Part shown: positions 24,201 through 36,821 of the stretch, in pieces | Layout: the number at the start of each line of letters is the position of its first letter | How positions within the stretch are numbered: position 1 is the first letter of the stretch | Assembly: GCA_020536535.1 (NCBI GenBank) | Contig: JAHLWZ010000526.1 | Location: 1-64,000, forward strand | Direction: 5' to 3' | DNA length: 64,000 bases | Source of the DNA: Pelomyxa schiedti | Lineage: Eukaryota; Protista; Evosea | Notes under the pieces: model-generated | The model's database searches: none | The model's input: the letters and a program-made list of their open reading frames with translations, nothing else | What the model was told of the DNA's origin: nothing | Made by a program: the position numbers and the translations under genes

Positions 24201-27200
24201 GGATTTTGGCAAGCTCACACAACAACAAGAGGAGAATTTCACACGAGGCTTGGTAAGCACACGTCTGCCCAATGAAGATGACAGCTGGAGAATATCTTCC
24301 ATAACTGATACCATTCTAATGGCACAACGGTTCATCAATGAGGCTCGAATACACCGTGTATCAGCAAGTATTCGTGATATCATGCGAGCAATGGACCTGT
24401 ACTTATATTTTATGCATCACAGTGATTACCTTGTTGAAATACCCAAAGTTGACAGTGATGAAATGGTTCACTGGCAATCACTGGTAGACTTTTTAACATA
24501 TCATGCAACTTGATTAACATGCCCTCAGGCTTTGTCTGTGGCATTGACTTATTACTTCAGGCTTCCTTCACGAGAATTCATTGAGCAACAGGTTTGGATC
24601 CCAATTTTATTTTTTTTTCTCCCCTTTCCATTACTTCAGGCACGACTTGCAGCTCAAGACTCTAAGCACGAATTGTGTCTACCCGAAAATGCAGACACCC
24701 CTTGGACTCGCAAGGACTTTGAAAATCATTTCGTAGACCTTTTAAAAAGAATGGAGAATCCTCCTCCTCCTCTTCTGTATAAGTTCGTGGATATTGTCAA
24801 CGCTACCTTGGCCCAGCTCTGTGAACACACAAAGCTCCCTCCTGGTATTGCCAGAACAAGTGCATTCCTAGAGAATTTGTTCTGCTGTGTTGTTTGCTTA
24901 GATGCCAAAATTCCTTTAGTCATTGTCGGACCGCCGTATGAATAACTTCCATCAAATATGAAAGCTACTAAAACAAATATCGAACAGAGGATGCTCAAAG
25001 ACACTGAGCTTTAAGATAGCAGTGGACAACATGAAAGGCTCCAGCTCTCCAGAACCGTTTTACCGAAAATTGCACCATATACTCCCCTTCAGGTAAACAC
25101 AAAATCCCATGACTTAACATAGGTCAACCTCTGTAGATATCAATGTAGTGAACAATCAACCGATGTTGAAATTAAAGCCGTTTATAAATCGGCAATCTCG
25201 AGACAGAAGACTTTTGACAAATCGTCTCCTGAATTATGTGCTGTGATGCTGGATGAAGTTGGTCTCCCAGATGAAACTCAAAGTCCTCTTAAAGTCGTTT
25301 TTTTGTGAGTCTAGTCAAAACTCATATATGAAATCAGATTCTTCATTTCAAATTGGATCACCCAAAGGTCTCTTCTGTTCTCCTTTCCAATAGGATACTC
25401 GACGAAGCAAAAACCAACAGGTATATCAACAACCTTTTCCACGTGCTAATGCTGATTTAGAACCTTGATGCTTCTTCAAAGTGAACCGCCTTCCAAGGAC
25501 TTATTCACTCTTGCTGAAGGTTAACCAACTTACCCTTAACACATATAACTCAATGTTGTAAGGTTGCATTTATGGAAACGACACCCCTCCTTGCCATACA
25601 CGCGATATACTTGAAGCACTTTGTACAGGGTATCAGGAGGAGGTTATTAAGTTCAATGCATATGGGCATCCTTATCCATCACGCTTCTTCCATTTGCGTG
25701 ACTTTGTATACTTCCTTCGATATTTGGTATGCTGAGATATTTATCTTTTTTTTTGCCAACTTGGTGAAGGGCAAACACTGTGCCGAAGAAAGTGGCAATC
25801 CTATGTTTGAAATCAACTGCAAACAAGTTGTCCAAGGCTTGAGGCGCAATTTTGGCGGCATTCCTCAGCAACACTTTTCGTCACTGGTTGGTGTCTTCTT
25901 CAAACATATCAACGCTGCCTTGAGCAAGAACGGTGAACGGGCTTGGCTTCTCCCTGATTTACACAAGCACACATCTGAGATCCCTGTTCTGCGGGAGAGT
26001 TTACTTGAGAAGTTGCAGGAGAAAGATGATCCTAACACAGCCCCATTCCGTTATATCATGCTTGTGTGTCACTGCAATTGCCCTACTTAAATTCTTTTTT
26101 TATTTATTTATTTAAAAACCCTCCAGCTGGATCCCACAGAAAATGAAGTTGCTGTTTCATTACTCTTTGATCTCGGTCTATGTAACCGATCCTCAACACA
26201 AGTCTGCTATGTGGGTGATTTTTGTGATGACGTCGATCAAAGAGTGCGTTCTGCCGCTGTAGAGAAAGTAAAAACTGCTATGGAGAGAGGTACCATGATC
26301 ATCAGCCTCTTTTTCTCTTATGTTCCTTAGGTCATACAATATTACTGGTAAATTCCACAAGCATCCACAGGTAACCAACAACACTTCACCGTAAGTTGGG
26401 ATTTATATTTCTTTCAGTTCGTTCTATGACGTTTTCAACCGGCATTATACAGTAATGCCAGGAAATCGGGCTGGAGGACCTTCACGTTACTGTTATGCCA
26501 ACTTGGCAGCTGGTTCTTTCTCCCAGCCGTGTATCGTTCACGATGATTTCAAAGTCATTGTTCACGTACCAAAGTCCAAGTTGCAGCAAATCCCTACTCC
26601 TTTGCTCAATAGATTTGAGAAGTACAGCCTGGGCATTGAAGATGCACTGCATGAACGCTTATGCGAACTTGAGGTTAACAAGTTGATAGGCGTCCATCCA
26701 TATGATGCCCTCTGGGAGGGTACATTGCACATGGTTGGTGCCTTGCACACACAACAATCGAAGTCAAGATTGTTCTATGGCATGCTTCCATCTGAAACTG
26801 TCAGTTCCTTGGTTCTGAGTGTAGCAGACTTGTCTTTGACACAGGCCAAAAGGCTAAAAGGCGACGACGTCAAGTACAACCTGAATTCCATCATACCACA
26901 ATTTCCAGCAGCCATCACAGCGGACTTATCAAACCTTTCTCCTGTCTCTGAAGAAAATGTGTTTGCTGATTCCACACATTGGCAGCATAATATTCGTAAA
27001 TATGTAGTGGCACTTAATCTGCACTTGCTCCAGCTTGCCAAGCCGGAGTCCATTTATTTCTGCAAAGGGCTGCCAAAAAAGTATCTGGAAACCTACTTGT
27101 TGAAACAAGAACATTTCTCAATCGTCCGTTTCCTCTGCAATTTGATGGATAGCCATTCACAGTTATCTATTGATGAAATGAATTGCTCACCTCTTCCACG

Positions 27201-30200
27201 TAAATTCTGCATATTTACACGCACCAGTGGGGAGTTGTTAAAGTTTGCCAACGACAGAAAAATGCAAGAGCTTTTATTTGCACAATTGCATTTTAAATCT
27301 CCTGATGCTACTACATGTGCAGATACAATGGAGATTTTTTCACTTGCCGAGGTGACCTCCAGCCAGCAATGCACTACCAAAGTTCAAGCATTCTGTCAGA
27401 CACGCAAGCAACTCTTTATCTGTGTGGCCGATTTAGCTTCCAGCACAGCAAACCAAATCAACTACCTGCGCAATGAAATAAACAACCACTGGGCAGCAGG
27501 AGACACGGGACTTTTCCGTGCAGCAGTAATTGTATTGCATTTGTCTCCCGAGATAAGTCTCAGAACCGAGAGCTGCTATCATGCCATTTTCTTGAAAGGA
27601 TGGGACTTCCATTACATTGACTCCCTGGGTTTAAGTTCCAGCACTGCAAAACAAAACTCACATGTGGAAGTGGATCCCAAAACCTGGGTGGCCAAAGCTT
27701 TCAAACTGAATTTGGCCAAAGGTGCCAATACCCCAGTCAGACCACTGCAAAGAGGCAGAAGGGAAATGGTGGAAGCTTTCCAAAGTTTTTTCTTTGAGAT
27801 ATTACAACAGTGCTGTTGGAACATGGTTGGCACTGGTCTCACCCCATCATCTACACTGGAAACACCACGAGCACGTTCATTTTATTCCCAAGTACCTGGC
27901 TCTGAGAGATACACCATATTGAAATCTCTTTTCGAGCAGCAGCCACATCTGCATGAAGGCATTTTGGAGCAGTTCAGTCGGTCGTGGAGCACAGACCTGC
28001 TTGCATATTTGGTGCAGGAGGCAAGTGAGGCATTGTACCGTGGTGTTTGTGTATCAAGCTTTGTCAGTATTATTGCTTCTTCATTGCACATGTTCATGGG
28101 CCCACTTATCAGCTCCGTGTTGCGGATGATGCTTGCGTCATATGGCCTGGAATCAATCTTGAAGATCGGCGAGAGTAAATGTTCTGCTGACTTAATTGAG
28201 CTTATTCATCTTGTCTTTTCTACCATTCCCATTCCTACTGTGGGGAAGCAACTGTTGGAAGGCTCTCGCACGTCAACAGTTGTTGTAACTATTCCAAGGC
28301 TGTACACATTTCCTTCTGAATTGCCTTTCTTCGACACTATCTCTGCCTTACTCCTGCAAAAATTGAACCACGCTTCCTTTGAGTTACGAAATCAACAGCC
28401 AAATAAAATAGCCCTGCACAATAAAATGGAAGAATTGCTAAGTAACACCGCATTAAAGGCAGTTGTTGATCACATTACCTCGCACAGAGAGGTTTTCGAC
28501 ATGTTTAAACGAGATTTTCTCACCAGGACATTGAAACTTACTGACTTGCATTTCTCTCATTTTAAACAGCGCGGTTGTTCTGATAAATCTATTTTGGGTG
28601 TATTTGTGGATATTGTATTGAAATTGGTGAAATCGTTTGAAGGTGGGGGTGTGGAAGATATATCACACCTTTATGTGACCAAAAAATTCCATGAGAAAGA
28701 CATTTCCTACTTTGCAGCCTTAATTACTCCTCTTCAGTTGCTGAACCCCTTCCCCGAAAATGCCTCTCTCAGACTCGACACTCTGCCCATTTTCAAGACA
28801 GGCACAGACATGGAACAGTGGGTCACCAGATTTATTACTACAATTCTCTGGAAGCAGCTGTTTATAAGTGTTCTTCATGATGGTACTGCTGAAACATGTA
28901 AAACATGGGGTCAGGCATACCGAATGTTTTTCAGCAGGCTTAAACCGAGACCCTACTTGTGTGTCCTGTTCTCAACTGATCTGAGAACATTGGTGATGTT
29001 GGATACTTTACGGGTTGTATTTCTTTTCCTGCTCAATACATATGTACCCGGTTCTCCTCTTGGCGAACCTCTCCGATTGAAGAAAGACTTGGGTGAACAG
29101 CTGGAGAAGTTTGTAGAGGACACTTCCAGTTGCCTGCAGGAATATTCTGCAACAAGATTGAAGCGTGCACTTTTACTTTCCTTGAACTTTTTCAGTGAGC
29201 CTATTCTCATTGGTGAAAGGGAGGAAAATACACTCCAAGGTATTTTCGAGTACTTCTTGATGGACTCCCCTGAGAGAGAGACTGTCTCAGATGAGATGCT
29301 CGAAAATGTTAAAGTCTTTTTCAGGGTAATGCAAAACTTCTCTTCATTTATTTACTCATTCAAACACATACAAGATATGTGATGGAAGCTTGCCTGAATT
29401 TTCCTCAAATGCAAGCCTGCGAGAAATTTGTTTGAAAATCGCCTCCAATACTGGGTGGGTTACAAACTTTCTGTGGGGCTGGACCAACTCGAAACCACGT
29501 TCATGTGTGGCTGACATTTATCTTTTGATGGCGGAGGTTTGTTACCACTTTTGAAATAAAACCTGACGGGGAAAAAAGGTGATTGCAGAACGTGTTGATT
29601 CACAGTCATCTCTCTATTCTTTCAAACCTGATCTTTTTGCAACAACAAAGCCAAAGGGCATTTCAACACTGGAATTTTTACTGTTCCACATGCTACGGGA
29701 ATCAATGGAAACAGCACCTCGGGACAACATGACACACTCCAAACAAAACCTCGGACTTTGGTTTGCTAATCTCGAAGAGGCAGTGTCTCACTACAATTAC
29801 CTCCTTGTGGAAGAGAAAAATCCCACTAAATGTTCAAGTATATTGACCGCCACCCATACTTGGTGATATGACATCACTTCAGATTGGAAACGTATAGATA
29901 TTTTAATCAAGAAAGCTGCATGTGCGGCGACAGTACTAAAAATGGCTGCCCAGCAATTGAAGACTTCAAATATTCCTTTGTTTATTCCCAATGTTCTTAG
30001 CACTGTATCCCTGGTAAGAAATCGCTTGAAATTCTATGTGTTGATTTCAGGTAGATATTACGGTCTGCAGATTCTCCAGTTAACTGTAAAAACTTCTTCT
30101 TGAAACATATCCCTTTGGAGGAAGATGTTGTGTCTTTACTGCAAAACCAGCAAGCACTGCAACAACTTAGTTTAAATGATCTGTATCTACATTCTCTATT

Positions 30201-33200
30201 TTTTTTTCAAAGTTAAAAATCTTGCAAGGTACTCTCAGCAGGCTCTCACATTTAATAAAATGTATATCTTTGCGTTCATGACCACATCGTCTCCTCAATA
30301 CATCAAAAAACGTGGAGAAATGATACCAAGTGGGGCTATCAGTTTCACTGAGTTACAAATGATGTACTCCCGGGTTCTGATGAGTGTGAGTATGGGGGCT
30401 GCAGCAATTATTGGTCTTGCTGTTGAGACACTTTGTTCCAGAAAGCGTTGGCCACCATGTGTGTATCAGGATGAGGCAATGGGAGAATATTCTTTTAAAC
30501 AACACCCCAGATGAGTTCAAAATGTGCTTAATCCTGTGCTGCTATTATGAATACATGGCAAAGGGCCTTTCTTGCCCTAACATAATGGAAGCACTGCCTT
30601 ATCTTTCACAGCTCCTTTCCCTCCACAAACTCGAGGAGGCGGCATTTAAGTTTGTGGGCAACGGCCCCCTGGAAGTTTCAGATGACCGAGACCCACTTAA
30701 ATTCATGTTTTCCTCGCGGGCACAAAAGGACAAGAACTTTGATCAAACTTTTGCCCGTTGTGCCGAATTTCTCCCATTATTCGCTCCTGACTTCCTTTCC
30801 CTTCAAAGATTTGCTTGTAAATGTTCTCGCCGTTGGGCTTGGCTTACCTGCCAACAACCATATTCACATCCGAATGTTTGACATTGTTGCTTGCAGTGAT
30901 ACGTTATGTCCTGGTTCTGGTATGTACCGGCGATTCCTGTTTCTTTTCGAGTGATATCTCACTTTAAAAAAAAAACAGCATTCAATAATCGAATAAATTG
31001 GGATTGTGGCTTTCTGCTGCCTGAAAATGGGCAACTGCAAGATGCGAGCCCTGTCATCATGGGGAATTCTCGACGGTATGACGAGATACCTAAACTAAAT
31101 GCTAACCGTTGTAGATGTCGGCTTACACTTAATTCTATTACTTGGAGTGCATTTTGTTGGGCAATGCTATTGGATGAAGATGGCTACAATAAGGCCCTGA
31201 CTTCAGTCAATCATTTCCTGAACGCATTATGTAAAATTTTTTTCAACCTTCACTGTTTTCAAAATATCTCCAGGTGACGTGCACTCCAAGGAACCAACTA
31301 TTAGCACACAAGCCAGAGTTCACACATATATCCTTCATCGGGCACACGGTTTCTTCTCTGAATTACAACATGACCACAATATAATATCGCAGGTTGATAT
31401 GAGAGTTTTAATGAGTTCTTTTTTTTTTTCCTCATCGCACATAGCATGTGAGACCTGATTATTACATTACAGAGTGCCTCTTATTCATGTGGCAGGTCAG
31501 CGGTTTCTCCCAATACCACGGGACTGATAGGAGTTAACCTTTTTTTGTAGTTGATGAGAGGACAACCTGGGCATCCAAGTCTTCCCCCCAATGGAATATT
31601 TTTGGATTTGAATCAAGTGGTTTACTTTGAAGAGACACTCAAATTGTGTTGTCTTGACAATGTTTTTGACAACTACGAAATCCTGAGTGCGCCTTACTTA
31701 AAGGGCTCCCTGGTTTGTCGCACCCTCAGCCCTTGGTAATGTACCAACGTAATATACAGGAGAGTCCACCCAGTGCTGTGTGCGAAATGCGTTGCTTCCA
31801 GAATTCCCTTCTCGATTCACCTGTCGTACGTTGGGACACCTTTCTCGAAAGAGTCTCGTGCACGAGTGGCTGTCAGGCATTACAGGAATTCCTTTCTGCT
31901 TCCCCTCGACTCCCTGTTCTGTTGAATCTGCCTGTTTTTGTTCATTTCTATCAGATGCTAAATGAACTCTTTTCCTTGCACCTGACAGGTACTCTTCTCA
32001 AGTCTCCTTGTCCGTTCCTAAACCCACAACCCAAACAGAACAAGATTTATTCAAACCTCTGCAAGAATGCGTAGATCAAATCTGTCACGAAAATTCAGTA
32101 GCAACCACTGTGGTCTCCTCGGGTTATGAAAGGTTCATCACTGCTTGGAACTCTACACGAAATGTGATTGGGGAGATTCCAGGATGTCCTTTGCAAATGA
32201 ATGAAAGGTTACTGGTGTTTTTGAGTCAACACACCCAAACAAAACCTCCATCCAGGCGATTTGAGCTGACTGTGCCCTTTATTGATGGTGGTACTCCTTT
32301 TGTGGAGCTCATCAGTGTCCAAACAAGTGGACATGCTGACAGCCTTTATCAAATGATACGTGCCCTTTCTGATGAAATTCAGAACAAGCTTCTTAAACTG
32401 AGAGGATCCCACAACAATGGTTTCATTATTTTCAGTTTTTTGGAGGTCTAATAGTTTGTAGAGGAGATAAATCCCTTGGGGCTTGTTTTCGAGGAAACAG
32501 ACGTTAAGTATAATGTAGAATTCCTTCGCACATCTGACCAATGTATGTCTCCCTGTTGGTTGCTTTGCAATAGAACTCTTATAGGTCTCCTTATCACTTG
32601 TGATTCTTCACCACGTGACCTAGAATACTTTTTTATCAAGCACGTGATGCTTCCACCTGATGGAGCTCGTTCAAAACTGACTTTTTCGTCGACTCATTTA
32701 TTGCGAAATGTATGCCGTTACAGTTAGACAATATGTTTTCACGATTAAACAAGGTGATTGCGAAATACCTTGCTGGAAAATGCGTTCTCCAAACAACAGA
32801 ACTCCGTACGGTATTCCCACTTTTTGTTCCAGTTGAAAAAGAGCAACTTCCACCCCCTCCTCCACTCTGCTGTCCCAAGGGGCAGGATCCACTAATATGG
32901 GAACTCCAGTATGAACTAGATAGGTCGATTTACACTGTGTACAAATCTGATTTTTCTCAATTTCCTTTCAGGCTTGATGAAAATTTCCGACTTGCTTGTC
33001 CCCCTTCCGTTTTATCACAATTCGAGCGGTCACTGAAAAGTAAGTTCTTGGAGATTTGGATTGGACTCAAAAAGGAAAATAGGTGAAGAAGAAGAAACTA
33101 TCAGAGACCTCCTTTCTACTGTCACATCATTTTTCAGTGCTATGCAACGGTATATTAGGCACAATCCTGTTAATAGGGATGGTGTAGCACAGACACTCTT

Positions 33201-34897
33201 AGCGTCCGGGTGGTTGGAGTGGGTGCCTACATTGCCAATGCCGCCAGTACTAAATGCCATCCGTACATGCCGTTGTTGCTGGTACCCTACCTTCGATTAA
33301 GGAAAATCAAATAATCTTTGGCACAGCTTGCACGCAATTGGAAATTCCATTCTCGACAAGTACAAAGCCAAGCAATGGCTTTTTAAGGATATTCGCGATC
33401 TTTACAATAGGGCTCTTACAAACCAACTCCAGAACAGTTTGGACGAGAAAATTCAGAGAGTAAAATCCTCCTACTTTGTTTTTTTTTTTTTCATCAAGTT
33501 TAAGGTTTTGGGCGCACCATCAGAAGAAAAGAAACGCTTCTTAGCAGCAGTCACTGCAATTTGCGAATTTCTCGTTCCAAATAAGATACAGGGAAATCCT
33601 GATACTTCATTAGTGGGATACTTCGGTGATTTCTCTGTAATGGTTGCACATTTTAATGTTTGCGAACTACTAATTTTCCCCGCAGAGTGCAAAAAATGTA
33701 TGTAAAACGGACATTGAGTATTTTGTGCTGAACATCAAGAACTGCCACTATTGCTCATTCATGCGAAAAATGTACTCGTTGTGCAGTGATTTGCTCATCA
33801 AACTCTTCAATGTATGCCACTTCTTTGGGTTTTTTTTTTAGGAAAAGGCTTTAACTTCGAATATGCAGGAAGAAATGGAGGATCCCACTACAGATAAAGA
33901 CGAAGTACCTGTTTTTACACATATTTTGAAAACTTATCTTCCACCCAGTACATTGAAGTTGTCCCAATTCCTGTATCGGCATCGACAACCAGCGAGGATG
34001 ACCCTGGGCAAGAAGAAATACCAGAACCCTTTTCTGGTGATGCACTCTTACTGATAGAGGCCGAAGGTTGGCGTTTTGTCAAGTATCCCAATCTAATAAT
34101 TTTTCCTAGACTACAAGCCAGAGAAAATTATTGCCCCTATTAACTTGGAAGGTGTCGTTTTGACCGCTCAAACTGTATATGATGCAGCTTGTGAAGATTT
34201 CGCAAATGCCAAAAGAAACATGTCTCAAATGGAAAACGACTTCCAGTTCACCAACGAAACCTGTGGGTGGCTTTGCCAGACACTCAGTGCTCAGCCACAC
34301 CTAGCACCAAGTGGTGTTGTCATCCCAGATATTCAACGGCTTCAGGAAGTAGCGAAACAAATATACCAACGAGGTCAATGTACCCTAGAGGCGGCTTCTT
34401 CCCTCCACGAGCAACTCACCGTAGATTCCCAATCCATTCAAGCCTATGCCCGCGGCGGGGATGCCACAAATGCCTCACATGCCTGTGACAAAGTACGCAG
34501 CGATGCACACCAGCTTCATGAAGAAGTGATCGACCTAGCCAAAACAGCCGACTCCCTGTATGGTTGTGTTCTACAGGCCCACAGCACAGCACTATCAATT
34601 CCCGTTGCCAGCGAACCCAATGACAATCCCACAGAGCAACAACACCAACAAAATGAACAAGGCACAACACAACTACAAGCGGACTTGCCGGTTGAAGAAC
34701 CCTCAGCACAGTACACAGAGGAAGAACAAGGAAGAGTCCCTGATGCATCAGAACCAACGATGGACGAGGAGGGTTATTCTCTTGAAGCAGAAGCTGAGGC
34801 TCTGGCCGAGAATGGTGTCACCCCAGGAAGTGAATTGGGAGGGACCACAGAAGAACCGGCTGTTACTACAAATTCATCAACCAAGCAAAGTGACTAG
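15272..34897 (+). CDS. RNF213: RNF213/mysterin-like giant tandem AAA+ protein (~19.6 kb gene, many short introns)
   Basis: GPCSGKST (~22100), GYILTPDFALKLL...LCGGTG|TGKTELL, VCFIDECTSTSLLGMVKEVMCD, PLVIVGPP|GCSKTLSFKI, YQCSEQST, VMLDEVGLPDETQSPLK, PTPLLNRFEK: all in RNF213 order. Junctions checked near the 3' end splice in frame to the stop at 34897; not every internal junction was traced. Confidence 0.82.
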
Positions 34898-35024
34898 ATG
34901 GTTGTGTCGTGTTGTTCTGCTTTAGTTGTTTAAAGATCAAAGTCTATTCTACCTACTTGTTTTTTCTTTTTTTTTTTGAGCTCATACAATTTACACCAAA
35001 GTTTTGAGGTATGGCTGTTTGTCA

Positions 35025-36659
35025 CTACTCTTTGGCATCCACAAGGAAGTCATCCTCAAAGTCCAGGTCATTTGGGGTGGTGTTGGGGGAGATTTCCTCA
35101 CCATCAAATGTGAATTTGAGGGATTCGAGGGGTTTGTTCACGGCTTTGCTGAAACCAGTGAATAACTTGAGAAACTTGTCATCCTGTGTTTTATTAAGTA
35201 AACGTTGACTCTGGAAGGAGACAAACCTTGTTTATCTTGAACTTGTGAATTTTGTTTTGAAGCTGCACTTTGATCCTTAAAAGGTTTGGATCATTGGGAG
35301 CGGGTGCGGACGTGAGTGCTGATGTTAAGGATGCTGGTTGTGGCGATGGCGATAGGGAAGGTGGTGCAGTTGGTGTCTCTTTAGGGGGTGTTGTGGTCGT
35401 AGGAGTGGGCTTGGAGGTCTCCTTGGGAATGATCAGACATGGTACTGGCTTGGGTTTGGGAGGTACAACAAGTTTGAGTATTTGGTTGGGAGTGAGTGCA
35501 AGTGAAATCGGAGTATCTGTCGGCTTGACTTTAATTCCATCAGCCTTGAGAATGATTTCCCCATCAGTGGAGTTGTGTTGTCCGGCCAAAACGAGAAGGA
35601 GCTTCTTCATTGAGTCGTTCTCCAGAACATATCAGACAAGTATTGTGTGTAGTAGGTAGATTACTTTACTTTGTGCATTTTGTAACTTTGTCTACCCAAT
35701 ACGCTGTCCACTATTACTGTAATGCACGGGTCGTCTTCCTCCGATTGTTCAACTTGGCGTGCAAGAGCCTCATCAGTCGTGCGGCATTCCTCTATTAACT
35801 CCTTGTTATGCCTAATACGGGAACTAAAGTTAAAAAGCAATTCCGTGTTGAAGAGTAATAAAACTGTGCAGCTTTGAGAGCATCAAAGGCAGATACGGCG
35901 GTTCCCGCTTCAAATCCAGGTGAAACACTCACAATAGAACTCTTCTGTATCATGCGCCGAGTCTCTGGGTCAACAAAGTCAACATTACTGGAAGTCGTTT
36001 TGTGCCGTTGAGAGTGTTTTTGGTGCCTTTCACTTCGCGGAGGGGAAGCTGGTGCGGTAGGAGGCTGAGCAGGTACTTTCTCTTTCACACATATTATGCA
36101 CACGTCACTGTCATCGCCGTCATCAGGCACGCTCACAACCTCCGACCCAACCTGTGGAGGTTGTGAAGTCCGGCGGCTACGATGCACTGCTGCTGCAGCA
36201 GCTGATTGCACTCCTCCCTCAGAGCCAAAAGCAGGAACGGAAGGACTGGTAGAACTCTTTTCGTGGTTTCTTGGGCGTTTCGTGACCGGCGGGGGAGCGT
36301 GATTGCCGGCCTTGTGGTCGTGATGTTTCTTGTGTAGCTCTGACTTTTTGCGACGACAGGGCTTTCGTGGAGGAGAGGAGCTGTCGGCAGCGTCGTCATC
36401 CTCGTCACTTTCAATATTATGTTTGGCTTTCTTCTTCTTCTTCTTTTTGGTGTCACCGTCTTCGTTGTCGAAGTCGTCGGTTTTGTCAAGTTCGCCCTCT
36501 TTTTCAGCAACTAGGGAAGAAAAAAAAAATGGTCTTAGGCGTCAGCGTTACGAGCAAAAACCAAAAAGCCAGCAACAACAAAAAAACAACGTTGCGTTGT
36601 GCTCGCGTACGTAGTTTTGCCTCCTCAAATGACAGTGCGTCGCTCGGAACGAAGAACAT
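35025..36659 (-). CDS. Rad60/Esc2/NFATC2IP-like protein with tandem C-terminal SUMO-like domains
   Basis: Acidic/basic disordered N-terminus. SLD1-like MKKLL...IILKADGIKVKPTDTPISLAL. SLD2 IKVQLQNKIHKFKINK|DDKFLKLFTGFSKAVNKPLESLKFTFDGEEISPNTTPNDLDFEDDFLVDAKE* with no terminal GG. Confidence 0.72.
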
Positions 36660-36821
36660 TTTTTTTATTGCGTAATCGTGAGACGCTTGTTTGGCTAAGC
36701 TGATCGATTTCAGATGCAAATAGAAAAACAACGGGAAGACTGACTCTGAGATCCGCAGAAAGAGTTTCCGCGGAGCGAATGGTGATCAATCATACATCGT
36801 GATGGTGACAGAGTCCCTCAG

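Noticed and set aside
30810-30880. RZ-finger-like string FACKCSRRWAWLTCQQP in the RNF213-like gene
   Set aside because: That frame stops a few codons later without the second CxxC/H half. Removing intron 30757-30808 puts the alternative frame (AHLLVNVLAV...NNHIHIRMF...TLCPG) in register with the following exons. Worth rechecking with RNA-seq.
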